Assembly (NCBI RefSeq): GCF_001194135.2 | Contig: NC_068985.1 | Coordinates: 40,688,646 to 40,752,645, forward strand | Length of the DNA: 64,000 bases | Direction of reading: 5' to 3' | DNA from: Octopus bimaculoides | Taxonomy: Eukaryota | In this document: positions 51,581-63,738 of the stretch, one piece after another | Layout: each line of letters begins with the position of its first letter | How positions within the stretch are numbered: position 1 is the first letter of the stretch | Notes under the pieces: model-generated | Databases searched by the model: none | The model's input: only the letters and a program-made list of their open reading frames with translations | Told to the model about the DNA's origin: nothing | Position numbers and translations under genes: made by a program

Positions 51581-51915
51581 GGACTCTCCCATAGTTAGAT
51601 GATGTATGAGGGTTCAACAATTTCTAATAAAACAACCACATAGATGATTTGTTTATAGTGATCAAATGTTTGTGTAGACATAATCTTACTCTCTCCATCA
51701 TATTGACATTACCTGTACAGGTGCAACTGGGTGCCACATGATCGCAGAGCAACATGAAACAAAGTGCTTTGCTTAAGAACTCAACACAATGCTCGGTTTG
51801 GGAATTGAACCCATGATCTTGCAACCGTGAGTGTAACACCCTAACCACTAAGCCATGCACCTTCACACACACACACACACATATATGTGTGTGTGTGTGT
51901 ATATACATACACATA

Positions 51916-52150
51916 CAGGGTGGCCCAAAAGTAGGTTTACAGTTATTCAACTGTCCCTTTCACATTCATATATTAACAGTTTAGATCTTAATTATACAAA
52001 AATATGAAACCATTATTCTATGCTAATTTAGTTAATTTTGTCAAGCTCCCTTTTCAGTTTGTAAGATTGAAATTTAAATGTAATAAAATGTTTTAAAAGA
52101 AATTTAAAGTGCCTACGTGATAACTGTAGACCTACTTTTGGACCACTCTG
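51916..52150. mobile_element. Tc1/mariner-type MITE (235 bp)
   Basis: TA|CAGGGTGGCCCAAAAGTAGGTTTACAGTTAT...ATAACTGTAGACCTACTTTTGGACCACTCTG|TA; 28 of 31 TIR bases match. Confidence 0.85.
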
Positions 52151-52174
52151 TATATACAGATAGATATAGATAGG

Positions 52175-52345
52175 GGGTCACATAAAAAGCACCCAGTACA
52201 CTCTGTAAAGTGGTTGGTGTTAGGAAGGGCATCCAGCTGTATAAACCAACCCAAAATAGACAAGGGGACCTGGTGCAGCTCCTGTCAAGCTGACCAACCC
52301 ATGCCAGCATAGAAAACAGACATTAAATGATGATGATGATGGTCA
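52175..52345 (+). mobile_element. RTE 3' tail
   Basis: Shared tail and (GAT)n. Confidence 0.75.
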
Positions 52346-52544
52346 TCATGATCATGATCGTGATGATATATATTAAACTATCAAAGAAGAAAGTGAGTAC
52401 TCAAAACCACATTGATGAATGCGTCATTTATTTTAATAGAATAGGTGGTGTTAATGCAGTACCAATGGTTTCATGCAAAGTATTTACATTTTTTAACTGC
52501 AGCTTCAATAACACTGGCATAGCACTGACAAGGTACAAATTATC

Positions 52545-55242
52545 AGCCACCTAATAACCTATCAATCAGGCGACTCTGCCAGCCTGATTGATAGGTTATC
52601 AGACAGCGGGATGCATGTTTGCTCTTAAATACAAAGACCCTCCCTGGCGAAGAATGTACCCCCAGCATAGTCTAATCATTAGTGACTTTAGACTTGAGAC
52701 CAGAAGGATGCCAAGAAGCAGATCAATCTTGAAAAGAAGGATTTGGAACCTAACGACACTTCACATGGTCAGAGATTTAAGGACATCCTCACGGAGCAAT
52801 TTGATGAGAGGGAGGAGGAGCCACAGACTTGTGACATAGAGGGTAACTGGAAATTCCTATGTGACAGCTTACTGAGCACCACAGATCAAATCTGCGGCTG
52901 GTGCAAAGTCCCTTCCAGACCTAGGGTAACATGGTGGTGGAACAATACTGTAGATAAGGCCATTAGAGCAATGAAACAGGCCTGGAAAACCTGGAAGAGT
53001 GCGGGTAGCAGGAACTGTACCAGATAGCCAGAAGGGAGGCTGGGAGACAGGTATATATAGCCAAGAGAGAAGCAAATAAGAAGAAGTCTGCGAATGTTCA
53101 GCGAAATGAGGACCAAAGAACTGAAGTATTTCGGATTGCAAGACAGTGTGTGAGAGAAAATTACAGGAGAGAAGTGTGTCTGCATAGATGATGGTGCACT
53201 TGCTTTTAATGATTCTTCAAAGAAATAGGCTTGGAGATGCCATTATGAAAGGCTGCTGAATGTGGAGAATGAATGGAAGGAGGAGAGCCTGCCAGATGTT
53301 GACCCAATCGAGGGACCAGCTACCCGAATCGATAGCGCCCTGGTAGATAAAGCAATTAAGGATTAAATGTCATGAAAAGCTCCCGGCCCGTCAGGAATCA
53401 CTGCTGAGATGCTTAAAATATCTGGTGGTGTGTGTTATGGTCTAGTCATAGCAGCACCATAGTCAGCTGCTACAAAGGTAAAGGTGATGCTTTAGATAGA
53501 AATAACTACAGGGGCATCAAACTGATGGATCAGGTGATGAAGGTCATGGAGAGGGTCATAGCCCAACTAATTAGGAAGAGAGTCTGCTTAGATGAGATGC
53601 AGTTCAGTTTTGTGCCAGGTAGAAGCACCACTGATGCTATATTTCTGGTAAGGCAACTGCAGAAGAAATACCTAGCCAAAGATAAACCTGTATACTTGGC
53701 TTTTGCTGACTTGAAGAAAGTCTTTGACAGGGTCTCCTGATCCCTTATCTGGTGGGCGATGTGGAAACTAGGGATAGACGAGTGGTTAATAAGAGCTGTA
53801 CAGGGATGCTGTCAGTAAGGTAAGGGTTGGCAATAAGTATAGTGAAGAATTCTGGGTAGAAGTAGGGGTTCACCAAGGATCAGTCTCCTCTTATTCATCA
53901 TAGTCCTCCAGGCAATAACAGAGGAATTCAAGACATGCTGCCCCTGCGAGCTCCTCTATGCTAATGACCTTGCTCTCATAGCTGAATCACTACCAGAACT
54001 AGAGAAGAAATTTCAGGTGCGGAAGCAAGGTTTAGAATTGAAGGGCCTTAAAGTCAATGTTGCAAAAACCAAAGTCTTAGTAAGTAGGAAGGCGAACAAA
54101 CCACAAATCCCTTCAGGTAGATGGCCCTGCTCAATCTGTAGAAAAGGTGTAGGTAGAAACTCCATAAGATGTACCCAGTGTAAGCTATGGATGCATAAGA
54201 GGTGCAGCAACATCAAAGCAAGGTTAACCGGGATGGTAGCTTTTGTGTGTGGCAGATGCACAGGGGCAATAAACACTGAAGATGCTCAGAAAACGATTCC
54301 ATCACATGCCAAGGGGAGAAACTAAAAGTAGTTGATAGCTTCCGCTACCTATGTGTCCAAGTCTGTAGTGGTGGGTGGATGCTCTGAGAGCGTTACCACT
54401 AGAATAAGAATAGCCTAGGTAAAGTTCAGAAAGCTCCTACCTCTGCTGGTGACAAAGGGCCTCTCACTCAGCGTGAAAGGTAGATTGTATGATGCATGTG
54501 TGCGTACTGCCATGCTACATGGCAGTGAAACATGGGCTGTGACTGTTGAGGACATATGTAGGCTTGAAAGAAATGAAGCTAGTATGTTGGACATAAGAAG
54601 CATCAAATGTGGTGGGCAAGAGAGACGACTGCATTGGTATGGTCATGTGCCGTGTATGGATGAGGAGAGCTGTGTGAAGAAGTGCCACTCCCTAACAGTG
54701 GAAGGAACCTGTGGAAAAGGGAGACCCAAGAAGATATGGGATGAGGTGGTGAAGCACGGCCTTCAAACATTGGGCCTCAAAGAGGCAATGACAAGAGACC
54801 TAGACCTCTGGAGATATGCTGTGATTGAGAAGACCCGGCAAGTAAAGTGAGATCACAGCCATAGCCTATACCTATGTTGCATAACCAGCCCATTTAAAAA
54901 ATACCTTTGAATCATTGGGCGACACGCCATGCTTGAGGAGACCTATTGCGGAAGTAAAATCAAAAATCAAAATCAAAATGGAAATTGTAGTTGTGGCCGA
55001 TGCCAGTGCCACCTGACTGGCTCCTGTGTTGGTGGAATGCAATAAGCACCATTCCTGTGTGGTCGATGCCAGCCCNNNNNNNNNNTTGGTGTCGTTGGCG
55101 TGAGGAAGGGCATCCAGCTGCAGAAACTTTCCCAGATCAGATTGGAGCCTGATGCAGCCTCCTGGCTTGCCAGTCCCCAGTCAAACTGTCCAATCCATGC
55201 CAGCATGGAAAACGGATGTTAAACGATGATGATGATGATAAT

Positions 55243-55245
<3 letters not shown>
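52545..55245 (+). mobile_element. Longest RTE LINE copy (APE C-terminus, RT, 3' UTR, tail), 5'-truncated and inactivated
   Basis: HLITYQSGDSAS, GEECTPQHSLIISDF, CYKGKGDALDRNNYRGIKL, QFSFVPGRSTTDAIF..RQLQ.KY, LLYANDL, AMLHGSETW and GRPKKIWDEVV. Many stops and frameshifts; ends in (GAT)n. Confidence 0.93.
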
Positions 55246-55280
<35 letters not shown>

Positions 55281-55289
55281 CATACATAC

Positions 55290-55690
55290 TCACTGAGTAT
55301 CCTGTCATTGCCAGGAAATTTTCACAATAGAATGCCTTGGTGGGCTTTCCGAATTGCACAATCATATAAGTTGGATTTTCTGTTTTGCTGGTGAATTTTT
55401 CACATTCCCTCTTTCCCATACCCTTGCAAATGATGGAGGGAAGGTTTTCATGAAAAAAATTGCAAATTTATGAATCCCCAGTTCCAGACTAATTTTGTCC
55501 AATTTTTCTTTCTTCTTTTTTGCCTTTTCGGTAAAAATGATAAAAAAAAAAACAATTTTGAAAATGTATAAATTTTTTGGAACTCCGTCCATTCAGTACT
55601 GATTTTGGCTAATGTTTTTTTTCTTTTTTTTTTTTGCCCTATGTCCTTAAAAACGACAGGCGAAGCCTTGTAGGTTAAAAAAGAATATTA
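55290..55690 (-). mobile_element. Non-autonomous Helitron-like element
   Basis: The reverse strand ends ggcaatgacaggatactcag, a Helitron-like 3' motif. Diverged homologue of 55908-56378. Confidence 0.5.
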
Positions 55691-55907
55691 TATATAAAAA
55701 AGCATATCACTCATGCTGAGTGTGTGTGTGTGTTTGTCAGTGAGTGTGTATGGATGTGTGAAATAAATTTCATTAGGTTGATAAATCGATTTAAAAAAGG
55801 TATGTAAAAGAGAATTTATATCAAAGCATTCTTTTTCTTTTCTGTCAGTAAATATGATTTTCCTTTATACACACACACATATTTTAAAACTATAGTTTAA
55901 AAAAATT

Positions 55908-56378
55908 TCAATAAGAAGCTGAAATTTTAGGATTTATTATTTTTCTATTACGTTTCATTTTCTTTTTCGAAAATAAAGGAAGAGGAGATTGTAATGGTGA
56001 TCGTTGATTTCCAAATTTATTTTAACCGCCAAGGCTTCTCTCATCGTTTTACGTGCGTAGTACAAAAAACAAAAACATTGGCTAAATCGGTACTGAAAGG
56101 GGGAGGTGAATTTGAAAAAAATTCATAAATTTTCATTTCTTTCTTTCTTTAGTAGGCGTTTCCCATTGTTTTTAAGTGTGTAGTACAAACAAATTGGACA
56201 AAGTCGGTCCGGAAGCGGAGAATTCATAAAAAGTTTCCCCTACCCCACCCATTTGCAAGGGGGCTGGGAAAAAAATTGGAAAATCCCCGTCAAAACGGAG
56301 AAAATCCGTTTTGTGTGGGTGTGCTATTCTGAAAGTTGGCCACAGGAAATTACTCGGCAACGACAGGATACTCAGCTG
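55908..56378 (+). mobile_element. Non-autonomous Helitron-like element
   Basis: Ends tactcggcaacgacaggatactcagctg, resembling the CCCGGCAACGCCGGG...CTAG terminus. Internal duplicated unit (gtagtacaaa...). Confidence 0.5.
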
Positions 56379-56499
56379 TCTTTGTGTGTGTGTATGTCCT
56401 ATGTGTTCTTCCTTTTCTTGAGATGGTAGTGTGTGAAGGGAAATTTACTGCTATTTCTGGCAGAACGAGCGAGGATGATATTTAGTTTTTAGTTGGAAT

Positions 56500-56760
56500 A
56501 ATTTTTTAAAGGAAGGTTGTTTAACTCCCGTTAATAACGTATGTTTGTATGTGTGTGTATTTCAAAGTTCCCCCAGTATGACGTACAATCGACAAAAAAT
56601 ACCGCAATGTTTTGTGTGCGAGTTGTGGGAATTTCCAACTGATCGTCCGTGTTGTAGTAACTAAACAAACAAAGCATTTGGTAAAGAAAGTTGGTGTGAC
56701 TTGTGTTGTTCAGAAGCTGTGCTAAAGTACTTTTTCTTGCGAGCTGCCGAAAAGTAAGTT
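56500..56760 (+). promoter_or_regulatory. Candidate promoter / first exon of a plus-strand gene
   Basis: CpG-rich. TGACGTA at 56579, perfect kB consensus GGGAATTTCC at 56627-56636, and donor-like AAA|GTAAGT at 56754. Confidence 0.35.
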
Positions 56761-57621
56761 ACATATAACAAACTTAAATGGGATCTTGTTAACTTTCAAC
56801 CAACTCAAATTCTCATCCACAGTGTAGCTAAAGCGAATAACTCGATTGGTTCAAATTACATAACTTTAAATGCTTGTAATTTCGTTAATTTCTAGGGAAA
56901 TGAACGCGAAAATTCGGAGCGAATTACCGTAATCCGTCGATAAATTAGGTTTTTTAACATGTGGCTATAGAGACGTTATGGGAGAATTTGAACAAGGAGG
57001 CTTCACTGAAGTATCCGATGATGCTTAGGAGGGTGCCTAGTTATTCTCGTGCTTCGACCACGCCATCATCCACGTAATGATTCACTGTTTTGAGGAGTTT
57101 TAGATTTCTCTTTTTTTTATTATTAATTTAGAGAATAACACCACTGTCCATTGGTACGATGTATAAGTGAAACAATGTTCACGCCTCTAGTTCCATTGGT
57201 TATTTATAGATTTTGTTTTAACTCTTTCTCTTCCTCTATTTTGGTTTTTGTTTTTCCTTTCCATTTTCTTACTGTTTACTTTTGTAAATTATGTTCTTTT
57301 TCACTAAGTATCAATGTAATCAAGAATGTGAATTGTTCAGTATAAAAAAAGAAAAAGAAAAAGTCGTTTAACTATTGCCAAAAGTTTTTGTTTTTAAACC
57401 GTTTAGAGGAGAAATAGCATCACCCATGATCCCCATTCAAGACCCTCCGAGTTTGATGAGGAGAGTTTCTCTCCAGTTCAGAGACGTGGTCTGAATGTTT
57501 GCAACTGAGTGAACCCCGTGAAATGCACCCAAGGTTACGCACTAGTATTAAACAAGGCGTCAAATCACCATTAAAAAAAATCATAATAGTATCGTTGTAT
57601 AGGTTTTAATTATTTGTTGAA

Positions 57622-57807
57622 CAAGCTGGCAGAAAGCTTAGCGGAATTTCGTCCGTCTTTACGTTCTGAGTTCAAATTCCGCCGAGGCCGACTTTGCCTT
57701 TCATCCTTTCAGGATCAATAAATCAAGTATCAGTGAAACACTGGTGTCGATGTAATCCACTACTCTCTTTCCCCCAAATTTCAGGCCTTGTGCCTTTAAT
57801 AGAAAGG

Positions 57808-57838
<31 letters not shown>
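57622..57838 (+). mobile_element. Meta-domain SINE, (ATT)n tail
   Basis: CpG-intact body gagttcaaattccgccgaggccgactttgcctttcatcctttc. Confidence 0.85.
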
Positions 57839-58045
57839 GGATAAGCATATTAAAAGGGGTACGTGGGAAAACTCATTTAAATAAAAGTTTTGGGAACCAC
57901 TGTACTACAATAACGATTCAGTGGAAAATAACAGGATGCCAACCTAGTAACTTTTAGTGTTTGCTAGGATGAATTCCCGACTACCGATTTGTATGGGGTG
58001 TGTAACCGCAGAAGCATTCAGTTATCAATATTTTCAAAAGAAGAA

Positions 58046-58227
58046 GGCGGCGTGCGAAATGCTTAGCGGTATTTCGTTTGTCTTTACGTTCTGAGTTCAA
58101 ATTCCGCCGAGATCGACTTTGCCGTTCAAACTTTCGGGTTCGATAAATTAAGTACCAGTACTGAAGTAAATCTAATCGACTGGCCCCCTCCCCCAAAATT
58201 TCGGCCTTGTGTCTAGAGTTAAAAAAG
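58046..58227 (+). mobile_element. Meta-domain SINE with 19-bp TSD
   Basis: aatattttcaaa(a/g)gaagaa at 58027-58045 and 58228-58246. Confidence 0.85.
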
Positions 58228-59494
58228 AATATTTTCAAAGGAAGAAAAGAAAAGAGCTTTCACTTTTTGTTTGGAAGTTGGAATTCTCAACCAATGAAAA
58301 CAACTGACTCAAGGGGCTCCTGTATACACTTAGCTGTAAAATTAGAGGGTGGACTTTAAAAATCACCACATAGAAAGTGAAAATTAGCTTAGCTAAATAA
58401 CTTCAGTAAAATGTTCAATTTCTCTGCTAATGCCTTCGCTATTAAACACATTCTTCGATAAATGTAAACTCAAAGTTTTTAATAATGTCTCAAAATTTTA
58501 TGTTGATAATAAACGATGAAGAGATCATTAAATAGAATAACTGAAGGTCAGGATAAAATGAAGTGATCTCAGATGGATGGCTTTACAGGAAATGATTTGA
58601 TTTAACATCTATACTGCTACAGAACTTATGTGTTTATCTAAACTATATAAGTGGGGAGATAGCATGTATAAAAAGACGTTCTTAAGGGTTAAAGAACTAG
58701 AGTATTGAATAAGAATATGTTTACTTCTAAGTAATTGTAAAACTTCCATTTCCACCGGCCTTTTCTTTAGTCTTCAAGAGAAAGCTTTCACCTTCATTTA
58801 CTTCGCAGCCAACTCCACACTGCACACACTTTGTTTTTGGCAAATCTCTTACAGTTTTATCCCTGCATCCTTCCAGGTATACAACCTTGTATACATTCAT
58901 AGCTAAGTGCAAGAGTACCTTCACTAGCTTCAAACCAACAAGGCCACCAGTCATGACAGTGTCTTTCAAATACCCTCAAGCATTGCATCCAACCCTTATA
59001 TTCTCCAAAATTTTCAAGGTATACCTACACAAGTGTGGCCCCTATGACTTTGTTTCTCATAACTTCCGGAAAAATGGATAATTTTTTAATGAAAGTTTCT
59101 ATAAATGCATTTCAGATGATATAGATTCTGATTACATTTGTGAATTTTTGAAAAACATTTTTCCATGGGTGGGGAGACGAATTTAGGTAAATTCATACAA
59201 GTCAGCTTTGTTTCCTCATAACATACAGAAAAATGAAGATCTTTTAATAAAATTTTCTACAAATACCTATCAGATAATGTAGATTACCATTATATGAGAC
59301 ACATGAAGTGTTTAGTTGGTGCCCTCAGAGAAAATTGATGTTGAAGACATAGAATTCCCTACTTACCGACTTGTGAACAAAAATCGCTCATAAACTGACT
59401 CAAAAACATAAGTATATGAGTATGTGTGTGTTGTTTGCTCTGCTTGCATAAATGCTTTCTACTTATAGCCTATTCTTGGTGACCCATTTGCTGT

Positions 59495-60553
59495 TATCAT
59501 CATCATCATTTAACATCTGCTTTCCACGCTGGCATGGGTTGGACAGTTTGACTGAAAACTGGTAAGCTGTACCAGGTTCCAGTTTGATTTGGCATAGTTT
59601 TAACAGCTGGATGCCCTTCCTAATGTCAACCACTCCAAGAATGTAGTGAGTGTTTTTTATGTGCCACCAGCACACGTGCCAGTTATGTAACACTGGTATT
59701 GGTCGTGACTACAATCGTACTTGTCTTGACAAGTCTTCTCAAGCACATTTGAATGGTGCTTTTTATGTGCCAGTTATGCAACACTGGCATCAGCCATGAC
59801 TATGATTTCACTTGATTTGATGGGTCTTCTCAAGCATGGCATATTGCCAAAGATTTCCATCACTTGTCATCGCCTCTGTGAGGCCCAACGTTTGAAGGTC
59901 GTGCTTCACCACCTTATCCCATGTCTTCCTAGGTCTACCTCTTCCACAGGTTCCCTCTACTGTTAGGGTGTGATGCTTCTTCACACAGCTGTCCTCGTCC
60001 ATACGCAACACATGACCATACCAGTGTAGTTGTCTCTCTTGCACACCACATCTGATGCCTCTTTTGTCCAACTTTTTTCTCAAGACACTTACACTCTGTT
60101 GTGCATGTACACTGACATTACACATCCAGTGAAGCACACTAGCTTCATTTCCTTCAAGCCGACACATGCTCTTGGCGGTCACAGCCCATGTAGCATGGCT
60201 GTTCATACACAGGCATCATACAATCTGCTTTTCACTCTGAGAGAGAAGCTCTTTGTTACCAACAGAGGTAGGAGCTCTCTGAACTTTACCCAGCCTATTC
60301 TTATTCTAGCAGCTATGCTCTCAGAGCATCCATCCCAGCTACTGACTTGGTCACCTACATAATAGAAGCTATCAACTACTTCTAGTTTTCCCTCCTGGCA
60401 TTTGATGGAGTCTATTTTCTGTACATTTCTAGTGTTAATTGTACCTGTGCACCTTCCACACACAAAAATTATTTCCCTGTTAACCTTCCTTTGATATTGC
60501 TGCACTTCTTATGTGTCCATAGCTTACACCGGGTACATCTTATGATGGAGTTT
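59495..60553 (-). mobile_element. 5'-truncated RTE LINE
   Basis: The ORFs at 60203-60505 and 59808-60206 are RTE RT C-terminal sequence (DSF.YVGDQVS, GRGRPRKTWDKVV). (CAT)n tail on the plus strand. Confidence 0.88.
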
Positions 60554-61257
60554 CATATCATCTTTACTGTACCTTATCTTTTATTTACAATCTTTCATTC
60601 ACTTGTTTATGATGGTCGACCATCTTGTCCCATTGACTGTTGGACCTTTGAAATCCTTTGACATCCTTTAAGTGGATGAGAGATTCTTTCTCTTTTTCCT
60701 CTTTTCTCTTTCTTTTTTTTCTCCCTTTGTATTTCTCTTTCTACCCTTCCTCTATTTCAATCCCTTAAACAAATCCATTAGTTCATTACCATGTATATTT
60801 ACCTTGAAATAGCATTCTCTATTCACTCTCTCAGCTGTTACCAAAATGGGAGGGTCAATATGCATTATGTTTTATTTATGTAAAAAATCCTAAATGTTAA
60901 ATTTTACTCTTAATTCACCCGAAGAAAACATTTTTTTTACACAATATAATTTTTTTGTTCATTAGTAAAAAGCACGTCTGAAATAGCTGTAGTGAACCTC
61001 AACCCATTTGTGTTATTGTTTATACTTCACCACACTCAGAACCTTCCTAGGATGGATCGTGAGCCTATAGTTGACTGTGGAATATGTGCTGGAGTGTACT
61101 CTTGTGTGATTTCGTGTATACATTGTGTATTTGGTCAATATTTGTGAATGGAGGGACAAATTCATATTAACTTTAGTAAGCACGTGTGTATCCGTTATTT
61201 AAACACCTTGATTCTATTGTATCCTGAAAATTTATATATATATATATATATATAAAA

Positions 61258-61667
61258 TCATCATCACCACCGTTGTTTAATGTCTGCTTTCCATGCTAGC
61301 ATGGGTTGGATGGTTTGACTGAGAACTGGCAAGCTGGGAGGCTGCATCAGGCTCCAATCTAACTTGGCAAGGCTTCTACAGCTGGATTCCCTTCCTAACA
61401 CAAACCGCTCTGAGAGTGTAGAGGGTACCTTTTATGTGCCACCGGCACAGGAGCCAGTCAAGTGGCACTGGCGTCAGCCACACTTGAATGGTGCTTTTTA
61501 TGTGCCACCAGCATGGATGCCAGTCAGGTAGCACTGGCATCAGCCACGACTACAATTTCACTCAGTTTAACAGGTCTTCACAAGAATGGCATATCTCCAA
61601 AGGTCTCGGTTGCTTGTCATTGCCTCTGTGAGGCCCAATGTTAGAAGGTTGTGCTCCACCACCTCAT
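61258..61667 (-). mobile_element. RTE 3' end
   Basis: Reverse-complement tail, two UTR repeat units and the ORF end. Confidence 0.85.
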
Positions 61668-61949
61668 ATGTATATTTATTTGCTGCCCCCCCCCCCTAGT
61701 CTTGCAAGCTACACACCAACTTCAGTAGTGTTGGCTGCATGAACAAAGCACCCTGTATGCACTGTAAAGTCATTGGCATTAGGAAGAGCATTGAGCTGCA
61801 GAAACCATGCAGACACTGGAGTATGATGTAGTCATTGGACCACCTTGGATTCTGTGAAACCATCTAATTGAAGCGAGTATAGAACATAGACATTCAATGA
61901 CAATGATGTTTTATCTATCTGTCTGTCTCTCTCTCTCTATATATATATC

Positions 61950-62505
61950 TTTTATCTTTTACTTGTTTCAGTCATTTTGACTGTGGCCATGCTGTGGTAC
62001 CACCTTGAAAGGTTTTAGTTGAACAAATTAACCCCAGGGCTTATTTTTTAAAGCCTAGAATTTATTCTTTTCTACTCCAGGCACAAAGCCCGAAAATGTT
62101 GGGGAGGGGGTCAGTCGATTAGATTGACCCCACTATGCAACTGGTACTTAATTTATCAACCTCGAAAGGATGAATGGCAAAGTTGACTTCAGCAGAATTT
62201 GAACTTAGAACGTGAAGACAGACGAAATAACACTAAGCATTTTACCTGGCATGCTAACATTTCTCATTTCTTTATTGCCCACAAGGAGCTAAACATAGAG
62301 GGGACAAACAAGGTCGATTACATTGACCCCAGTGCGTAACTGGTACTTAATTTAAGACCCCGAAAGGATGAAAGGCAAAGTTGACCTCTGTGGAGTTTGA
62401 ACTCAGAACGTAATGGCAGATGAAATACCGCTAAGCATTTCGCCTGGCGTGCTAACTTTTCTGCCAGCTCGTCGCCTTAAGCCTAGTACTTATTCTATCA
62501 GTCTC
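61950..62505 (-). mobile_element. SINE family A interrupted by two tandem Meta-domain SINEs (62068-62478)
   Basis: The family-A body stops at 62067 and resumes at 62479. The 17-bp TSD aagcctag(a/t)a(t/c)ttattc brackets both inserts. Confidence 0.8.
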
Positions 62506-62719
62506 ATATATGTGTGTGTGTGCGTTTGTTTTTATGTCAATATAAAGAGAATTTAACATTAAACTGAAGGATTACTCAATACTTTGTCATAGAGTACATA
62601 TTTATTGATAGTTTCAAAAGGTTGACGGTGACTTTGAAATTTCAGCTTGCTTGCTATTATCAGACTGGTGATGGTGAGCACTCCATACCTTTATCTGTAT
62701 ATATATAATGTAAATATAT

Positions 62720-62724
62720 ATGTA

Positions 62725-62793
<69 letters not shown>

Positions 62794-63738
62794 NNNNNNN
62801 NNNNNNNNNNNNNNNNNNNNNNNNNNNNNNNNNNNNNNNNNNNNNNNNNNNNNNNNNNNNNNNNNNNNNNNNNNNNNNNNNNNNNNNNNNNNNNNNNNNN
62901 NNNNNNNNNNNNNNNNNNNNNNNNNNNNNNNNNNNNNNNNNNNNNNNNNNNNNNNNNNNNNNNNNNNNNNNNNNNNNNNNNNNNNNNNNNNNNNNNNNNN
63001 NNNNNNNNNNNNNNNNNNNNNNNNNNNNNNNNNNNNNNNNNNNNNNNNNNNNNNNNNNNNNNNNNNNNNNNNNNNNNNNNNNNNNNNNNNNNNNNNNNNN
63101 NNNNNNNNNNNNNNNNNNNNNNNNNNNNNNNNNNNNNNNNNNNNNNNNNNNNNNNNNNNNNNNNNNNNNNNNNNNNNNNNNNNNNNNNNNNNNNNNNNNN
63201 NNNNNNNNNNNNNNNNNNNNNNNNNNNNNNNNNNNNNNNNNNNNNNNNNNNNNNNNNNNNNNNNNNNNNNNNNNNNNNNNNNNNNNNNNNNNNNNNNNNN
63301 NNNNNNNNNNNNNNNNNNNNNNNNNNNNNNNNNNNNNNNNNNNNNNNNNNNNNNNNNNNNNNNNNNNNNNNNNNNNNNNNNNNNNNNNNNNNNNNNNNNN
63401 NNNNNNNNNNNNNNNNNNNNNNNNNNNNNNNNNNNNNNNNNNNNNNNNNNNNNNNNNNNNNNNNNNNNNNNNNNNNNNNNNNNNNNNNNNNNNNNNNNNN
63501 NNNNNNNNNNNNNNNNNNNNNNNNNNNNNNNNNNNNNNNNNNNNNNNNNNNNNNNNNNNNNNNNNNNNNNNNNNNNNNNNNNNNNNNNNNNNNNNNNNNN
63601 NNNNNNNNNNNNNNNNNNNNNNNNNNNNNNNNNNNNNNNNNNNNNNNNNNNNNNNNNNNNNNNNNNNNNNNNNNNNNNNNNNNNNNNNNNNNNNNNNNNN
63701 NNNNNNNNNNNNNNNNNNNNNNNNNNNNNNNNNNNNNN
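62720..63738. other. (TA)n microsatellite running into an assembly gap; other large gaps at 6773-6978, 17541-18287 and 47537-47774
   Basis: N runs seen directly. Confidence 0.97.

Noticed and set aside
56977-57027. Short ATG-initiated ORF MGEFEQGGFTEVSDDA*
   Set aside because: Only 16 codons, with no recognisable homology or splice context.
57452-57496. TTGATGA...ACGTGGTCTGA resembling the U3 snoRNA 3' end or a C/D box pair
   Set aside because: The C-to-D span is only about 41 nt and there are no U3 A'/A/B boxes upstream.
58727-58969. ORF with VVYLEGC...ESFLLKTK..AGGN, perhaps a PLE GIY-YIG C-terminus
   Set aside because: The resemblance is too weak to call without a profile search.
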